Shown here: one piece after another, positions 58,971 to 64,000 of the stretch
How the letters are laid out: each line of letters starts with the position of its first letter
How positions within the stretch are numbered: position 1 is the stretch's first letter
Source: an uncultured Comamonadaceae bacterium
GTDB lineage: Bacteria > Pseudomonadota > Gammaproteobacteria > Burkholderiales > Burkholderiaceae_C
DNA length: 64,000 nt
Assembly (NCBI GenBank): GCA_965650725.1
Contig: CBFGPX010000001.1
Span: 18,665 to 82,664 of the forward strand
Direction of reading: 5' to 3'
Program-made: the position numbers and the translations under genes
The notes under the pieces: model-generated
What the model saw: the letters and a program-made list of their open reading frames with translations, nothing else
What the model was told of the DNA's origin: nothing
Database searches by the model: none

Positions 58971-60233
58971 TCAGCCGCCGCGCGTGACCGGCATGCGGAC
59001 CTGGTCGGCCGGCAGCTTCATGTGCCGTGCCAGCTCCAGCTTGGCCAGCGAGTTGCGATGCACCTCGTCCGGGCCGTCCGCCAGGCGCAGCGTGCGCTGG
59101 TGGGCCCACATCATGGCCAGCGGCGTATCCTGCGATACGCCGGCACCGCCGAACACCTGGATGGCCCAGTCGATGACCTGCAGCGCCATGTTGGGCGCCA
59201 CGATCTTGATCATCGCGATCTCGGCCTTGGCGACCTTGTTGCCCACGGTGTCCATCATGTAGGCGGCCTTCAGCGTCAGCAGGCGGGCCTGCTCGATGCT
59301 GCAACGCGCCTCGGCGATGCGCTCCTGCGTGACGGTCTGCTGCGCCAGCGTCTTGCCGAAGGCGGTGCGCGCGACGGCGCGCTCGCACATCAGCTCCAGC
59401 GCGCGCTCGGCCGCGCCGATTGAGCGCATGCAGTGGTGGATGCGCCCCGGGCCCAGGCGGCCCTGCGCGATCTCGAAGCCGCGCCCCTCGCCCAGCAGGA
59501 TGTTCGCGGCCGGCACGCGCACGTTCTTCAGCTCCACCTCCATGTGGCCGTGCGGCGCGTCGTCGTAGCCGAACACCGAGAGCGGGCGCACCACGGTGAT
59601 GCCCGGCGCATCGGCCGGCACCACGATCATGGACTGCTGCTCGTGGCGGCCGGCCTCGGGGTCGGTCTTGCCCATGACGATGTAGACGGCGCAGCGCGGG
59701 TCGCCCGCACCGCTGCTCCACCACTTGCGGCCGTTGATGACGTAGTCGTCGCCGTCACGGTCGATGCGGCATTCGATGTTGGTCGCGTCGGACGAAGCCA
59801 CGGCCGGCTCGGTCATCAGGAAGGCCGAGCGGATCTCGCCGGCCAGCAGCGGTTCCAGCCAGCGGTCCTTCAGCGCCTCGGACGCATAGCGCTCCAGCGT
59901 CTCCATGTTGCCGGTGTCGGGCGCCGAGCAATTGAAGACCTCGGGCGCCCAGAACACGCGGCCCATGATCTCGCACAGCGGCGCGTACTCCAGGTTGGAC
60001 AGGCCCTCCGGCGCACGCGAGGACTTGGGCAGGAACAGGTTCCACAGCCCCGCCGCGCGGGCCTTGGGCTTGAGCTCCTCGATGACCTTCGTCGCCTGCC
60101 AGGGGTTGCCGGCACGGCGGTTGGCCTCGACTTCCTGCAGGTAGCGCAGCTCGTTGGGGTAGATGTGCTCTTCGAAGAAGGCGAGCAGGCGCTCACGCAT
60201 CTGCGTGACCTTGGGGCTGTAGTCGAAGTTCAT
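58971..60233 (-). CDS. acyl-CoA dehydrogenase
   Basis: [50 protein letters not shown]. Confidence 0.93.
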   Translation of the reverse strand: MNFDYSPKVTQMRERLLAFFEEHIYPNELRYLQEVEANRRAGNPWQATKVIEELKPKARAAGLWNLFLPKSSRAPEGLSNLEYAPLCEIMGRVFWAPEVFNCSAPDTGNMETLERYASEALKDRWLEPLLAGEIRSAFLMTEPAVASSDATNIECRIDRDGDDYVINGRKWWSSGAGDPRCAVYIVMGKTDPEAGRHEQQSMIVVPADAPGITVVRPLSVFGYDDAPHGHMEVELKNVRVPAANILLGEGRGFEIAQGRLGPGRIHHCMRSIGAAERALELMCERAVARTAFGKTLAQQTVTQERIAEARCSIEQARLLTLKAAYMMDTVGNKVAKAEIAMIKIVAPNMALQVIDWAIQVFGGAGVSQDTPLAMMWAHQRTLRLADGPDEVHRNSLAKLELARHMKLPADQVRMPVTRGG

Positions 60234-60342
60234 GGCGCGGCTCCGGTGGGACGGCCCCAGTGTGGCCCAGCGAACGCCGCGCGCTTGTCGCGCAGGCATC
60301 AGAACTGTGGGGATGGCCGGCAGGCCGCAACAATGCCGGCCC

Positions 60343-62307
60343 ATGCCCATGCCCGCCGCCGACCCTTCCCACCGCTGGGACATCCAGGCCCTGCGCGGCC
60401 TGGCCGTCGCCGCCGTGCTGCTGCAGCACGCCGCGCCGGGGCTGCTGCCCGGCGGCTATCTGGGCGTGGACCTGTTCTTCGTCATCTCGGGCTTTCTCAT
60501 CACGGGCCAGGTGCTGGGCGGGCTGCGCGAGGGCCACTTCAACCTGGCGCAGTTCTATGCCCGCCGCGCGCGCCGCCTGCTGCCGGCCGCCTATGTCGTG
60601 CTGGCGCTGACGATGCTGGCCGCGCCATGGTGGCTGGCGCCGCTGGAGCGCGCCGACCTGGCCCGGCAGCACTGGGGCGCGCTGGGCTTTGCCAGCAACG
60701 CGGTGCTGTGGCTGCAGAGCGGCTACTTCGACCTGGCGGCCGAGTTGAAGCCGCTGCTGCACTTCTGGTCGCTGTCGCTGGAGGAGCAGTACTACCTGCT
60801 GCTGCCCGCGCTGCTGATGCTCGTCGGCACCGGCCGCCGTGGCCTGTGGGTGCTGGTGCTGCTGACCGTGGCCAGCCTTCTGCTGGGCCTGGGCCTGCAG
60901 CGCGTGGACGCCAGCGCGGCCTTCTACCTGCTGCCCGGCCGGGCCTGGGAGCTGGGGCTGGGCTCGCTGGCGGCCTGGGCGCACGCGGCCGGCTGGCGCG
61001 CGCCCGCGGCGGTGCGCCTGCCGGCCACGCTGCTGCTGGTGACGCTGCTGCTGCTGCCCCTGCCCCCGATGGCCGGGCTGGGCCACCCGGGCGCCAACGC
61101 GCTGTGCGTCGGGCTGGCGACGGCGGCGCTGCTGCTGAGCCGCGGCCGGCCCGACGCGCCGCGCCTGCTGGTGCCAGTCGTGCGACTGGGCGACCTCTCT
61201 TACTCGCTCTATCTGGTGCACTGGCCGCTGATCGCCTTCGTCAACAACGCCTGGGTGGGCCAGCCGGGCGCCACCGGCCTGGCCCAGGCGCGCTGGACCG
61301 CCGCGGCGCTGGCGCTGCCGCTGGCCTGGGCGCTGTGGCGCGGCGTGGAGCAGACCATGCGCCGCTGGCCGCTGCCGCGCACGCGTCGCGGCTGGGGCCT
61401 GGTGGTGGGCAGCACCGCGCTGCTGGCCCTGCTGCCGCTGCTGCTGCCGTCGGCGCCCGGCGGCGATGCGCGCCGCCCCAACCACGGCTTCTCGGTCGCC
61501 TGCGACCAGTGGGAGCGCTGGGTGGACAAGCCCGAATGCCGCAACGCCGTGCTGCCGGGCTGGGCGGTCTGGGGCGACTCCTACGCCATGCACCTGGTGC
61601 CCGGCCTCGCCGACATCGCGCCGGGCCTGGTGCAGATCACCGAGTCGTCCTGCGGCCCCCTGCCCGGCATCGCGCCCTGGCGCGCCGACGCGCCGGCCGG
61701 CGCCAGCTTCACGCGCGACTGGGCGCGCCAGTGCGAACGCTTCAACCGCTCGGTGCTGGAGGGTCTGTCCGCGCCCACGGCGCCCGGCGTGGTGCTGGCG
61801 TCCAGCCTGCTGGAGCAATACCTGGGGCCGCCGGGAGGCCTGCTGCTGCGCTGGGTGGACGGCCAGGAGCAGGTGGTGCCCGCCGCACAGGCCGAGGATG
61901 CACTGGTGGCCGCCGCCGCGCGGATGGCCCAGGCGCTGCGGGCGCAGGGCAGGCGCCTGGTATGGGTGTCGCCCCCGCCCAAGGGCCCGTTCGACGCGGG
62001 CGCCTGCCTGGAGCGCCGCCGGCTGGGCCAGGTCACGCTGGGCGCGCCGGCCGACTGCCGCATCGTGCAGGCCGACACGCCCGTGCTGCCGCGGCGCGCC
62101 GTGGCGCTGCTGCAGCGCTTCGAGCGCGAGGCCGGCGTGCCGGTGCTGTGGCTGGACGCGTCGCTGTGCCAGGCCGGCCGCTGCCGCACGGCCGACGCCG
62201 ACGGCCTGGCCTTCTACCGCGACGCCGGCCACCTCGGCGTGGAGGGCTCGCGCCGCCTGCTGCCGCAACTGGCCGACCGCCCCACCATCGAGGCCTTGGC
62301 ACGCTAG
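60343..62307 (+). CDS. acyltransferase-3 + SGNH O-acyltransferase (OafA/OatA-like)
   Basis: [44 protein letters not shown]; SGNH WGDSYA and DAGH. Confidence 0.9.
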   Translation: MPMPAADPSHRWDIQALRGLAVAAVLLQHAAPGLLPGGYLGVDLFFVISGFLITGQVLGGLREGHFNLAQFYARRARRLLPAAYVVLALTMLAAPWWLAPLERADLARQHWGALGFASNAVLWLQSGYFDLAAELKPLLHFWSLSLEEQYYLLLPALLMLVGTGRRGLWVLVLLTVASLLLGLGLQRVDASAAFYLLPGRAWELGLGSLAAWAHAAGWRAPAAVRLPATLLLVTLLLLPLPPMAGLGHPGANALCVGLATAALLLSRGRPDAPRLLVPVVRLGDLSYSLYLVHWPLIAFVNNAWVGQPGATGLAQARWTAAALALPLAWALWRGVEQTMRRWPLPRTRRGWGLVVGSTALLALLPLLLPSAPGGDARRPNHGFSVACDQWERWVDKPECRNAVLPGWAVWGDSYAMHLVPGLADIAPGLVQITESSCGPLPGIAPWRADAPAGASFTRDWARQCERFNRSVLEGLSAPTAPGVVLASSLLEQYLGPPGGLLLRWVDGQEQVVPAAQAEDALVAAAARMAQALRAQGRRLVWVSPPPKGPFDAGACLERRRLGQVTLGAPADCRIVQADTPVLPRRAVALLQRFEREAGVPVLWLDASLCQAGRCRTADADGLAFYRDAGHLGVEGSRRLLPQLADRPTIEALAR

Positions 62308-62399
62308 CAAAGCGCCAAAAGCTGCACAGCGGCGGCGCCCCGAAACAGGGCGCCAGCTGATAGGCTCTCCGACCTCCCTGTGCCCGGGACCGACCCGAA

Positions 62400-63860
62400 G
62401 TGACTCCTGCCGCACTTGTGCGCTCGCTGCTGCTGGGGCTGCCCGCCTTGCTGGTGGCCGGCGCCTGCGTACTGCTGGACGCGTCCACCGGCGCCACCGC
62501 GCTGGCCGTGGGCCTGGCGGCCTTTGCGCCGACGCTGCACAGCCTGCTGCGCATGGAGCACCGGCGCGCCGCGGCGGCCGGGCGCTCGCAGGCCTTTGCT
62601 CAGGCCCTGATCGACGCCATCCCCGACCCCACCTACGTGAAGCAGCAGGGCGGCCGCTACGTGATGGTCAACGAAGCCTTCGCCCACTACCACGGCCGGA
62701 GCAAGGAGGACGTGCTCGCCCACGGGCTCGGCGGCGGCGGGCCCGCCGATGCCGCCAACCGCGCGCTGTCGCTGCAGGAAGACGAGCGCATCCTGGCCGG
62801 CGGCGAGCTGCTGAAGGAGGAGCACACGACGCGGCGCCTGTCCGGCGACGAGGTGTTCCGCATCGTCAGCAAGCGCCGCAGCGTCTACCTGGACGGCAAG
62901 CCCGCCGTCGTCGGCATCGACCACCACATCACCGAATGGCGCGTGGCCGAGCGCGAGCTGAAGCGGGCGCTGGAGCGCGAGGTGGAGCTGCGCAAGCGCA
63001 CCGAGCAGTTCGTGCAGGACCTCATCGACCTGCTGCCCGACGCCATCTACATCAAGGACGCCCGCAGCCGCCTGGTGATGGTGAACGCCACCGCCGTGCG
63101 CCTGCGCGGCATGAGCCGCGAGGCGCTGATCGGGCTGAACGCCATGGACCTGGCCCCACGCCCGGGCGTGGGCGAGACCTCGCTGGCGGAAGACCAGCTC
63201 GTGCTGCAGGGCCAGGAGGTCGTCAAGGAAGAGCAAAGCGTGCTGCCGGTCACCGGCGAGGAGTGCTTCCGCGTCGTCGTCAAGCGGCGCTGCTTCGACG
63301 TGGATGGCCAGCCGGTGGTGGTGTCCATCCAGCACTACGTGACCGAATGGCGCCAGGCCGAGCGCGAGCTGAAACGGCTGGCGCAGGAAGACGCGCTGAC
63401 CGGCATCGCCAACCGGCGCTGCTTCAGCGCCGAGGCCGAGCGCGCCATGCACGCGGCCGAGCGGCACGGCGGCGCGCTGACGCTGCTGCTGGTGGACGTG
63501 GACCTCTTCAAGCGCGTCAACGACGAGCATGGCCACAACGTGGGCGACGAGGTGCTGGTGGAGCTGGCACGGCGCCTGCGCGACGTGCTGCGCAAGTCCG
63601 ACCTGGGTGGCCGCTGGGGCGGCGAGGAGTTCATCGCGCTGCTGCACGGCACGCCGCAGGCGGCACTGGAGTTCGCCGAGCGGCTGCGCCGCGCCGTGGC
63701 GGACACGCCCTTCGCCACATCGGCCGGCCCGCTGAGCGTCACGCTGAGCGGCGGCTGCGCCGGCCTGCGCGCCGGCGACACGCTGTCGACCCTGGTGGGG
63801 CGGGCCGACGAGGCGCTGTACCGCGCCAAGGAAAAGGGGCGCAACCGCGTGGAGGCCTAG
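62400..63860 (+). CDS. membrane-anchored PAS-PAS diguanylate cyclase
   Basis: Two N-terminal TM segments, tandem PAS domains, DALTGIANRR, I-site RKSD, GGEEF. Confidence 0.9.
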   Translation: MTPAALVRSLLLGLPALLVAGACVLLDASTGATALAVGLAAFAPTLHSLLRMEHRRAAAAGRSQAFAQALIDAIPDPTYVKQQGGRYVMVNEAFAHYHGRSKEDVLAHGLGGGGPADAANRALSLQEDERILAGGELLKEEHTTRRLSGDEVFRIVSKRRSVYLDGKPAVVGIDHHITEWRVAERELKRALEREVELRKRTEQFVQDLIDLLPDAIYIKDARSRLVMVNATAVRLRGMSREALIGLNAMDLAPRPGVGETSLAEDQLVLQGQEVVKEEQSVLPVTGEECFRVVVKRRCFDVDGQPVVVSIQHYVTEWRQAERELKRLAQEDALTGIANRRCFSAEAERAMHAAERHGGALTLLLVDVDLFKRVNDEHGHNVGDEVLVELARRLRDVLRKSDLGGRWGGEEFIALLHGTPQAALEFAERLRRAVADTPFATSAGPLSVTLSGGCAGLRAGDTLSTLVGRADEALYRAKEKGRNRVEA

Positions 63861-63873
63861 CCGCAACGGCGGG

Positions 63874-64000
63874 TCAACCCACCAGCAGCTTTTCCTCGGC
63901 CCGCGCCAGCGCTGCCGGCGTGCCGCTGATGACCAGCGTGTCGCCGCCGGCCAGCTGGGCGCCGTCCACCCGCAGCCCCTTGCCGTCGGCACGGCGCAGC
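63874..64000 (-). CDS. C-terminal TrkA-C/RCK_C-like domain, partial (probably a cation:proton antiporter)
   Basis: ...LAGGDTLVISGTPAALARAEEKLLVG*. Confidence 0.6.
   Translation of the reverse strand, partial: LRRADGKGLRVDGAQLAGGDTLVISGTPAALARAEEKLLVG

Noticed and set aside
1-64000. Many long overlapping or antisense ORFs (e.g. 5526-7862+, 54870-57428+, 59433-62360+, 51407-53266+)
   Set aside because: Shadow frames expected at ~70% GC; Arg/Ala/Gly-rich with no motifs, and they overlap well-supported genes

Overview
GC-rich (~70%) chromosomal window of a Burkholderiales betaproteobacterium (Roseateles/Pelomonas-like; lineage inferred). About 48 kb (8.8-57.2 kb) is one arabinan/pectin side-chain utilisation locus. 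It encodes a TonB-dependent receptor, two sugar ABC systems, five GH43, two GH51, GH97, GH31-PA14, GH29, GH127/146, a PL10 lyase and two poorly characterised secreted six-hairpin glycosidase-like proteins. It also carries an apparently complete non-phosphorylative L-arabinose pathway and FadR- and LysR-type regulators. The flanks are ordinary genes. Three non-gene signals stand out. (1) Four copies of a ~270-310 bp highly structured repeat with covarying stems, three of which bracket small cargo ORFs. (2) A strand-switching loss of cytosine in the genes flanking those repeats, suggesting local ssDNA hypermutation. (3) Four promoters with an identically spaced palindrome, -35-region motif and -10 box, probably defining the LysR regulon. 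No rRNA, tRNA, CRISPR array or transposase was seen.
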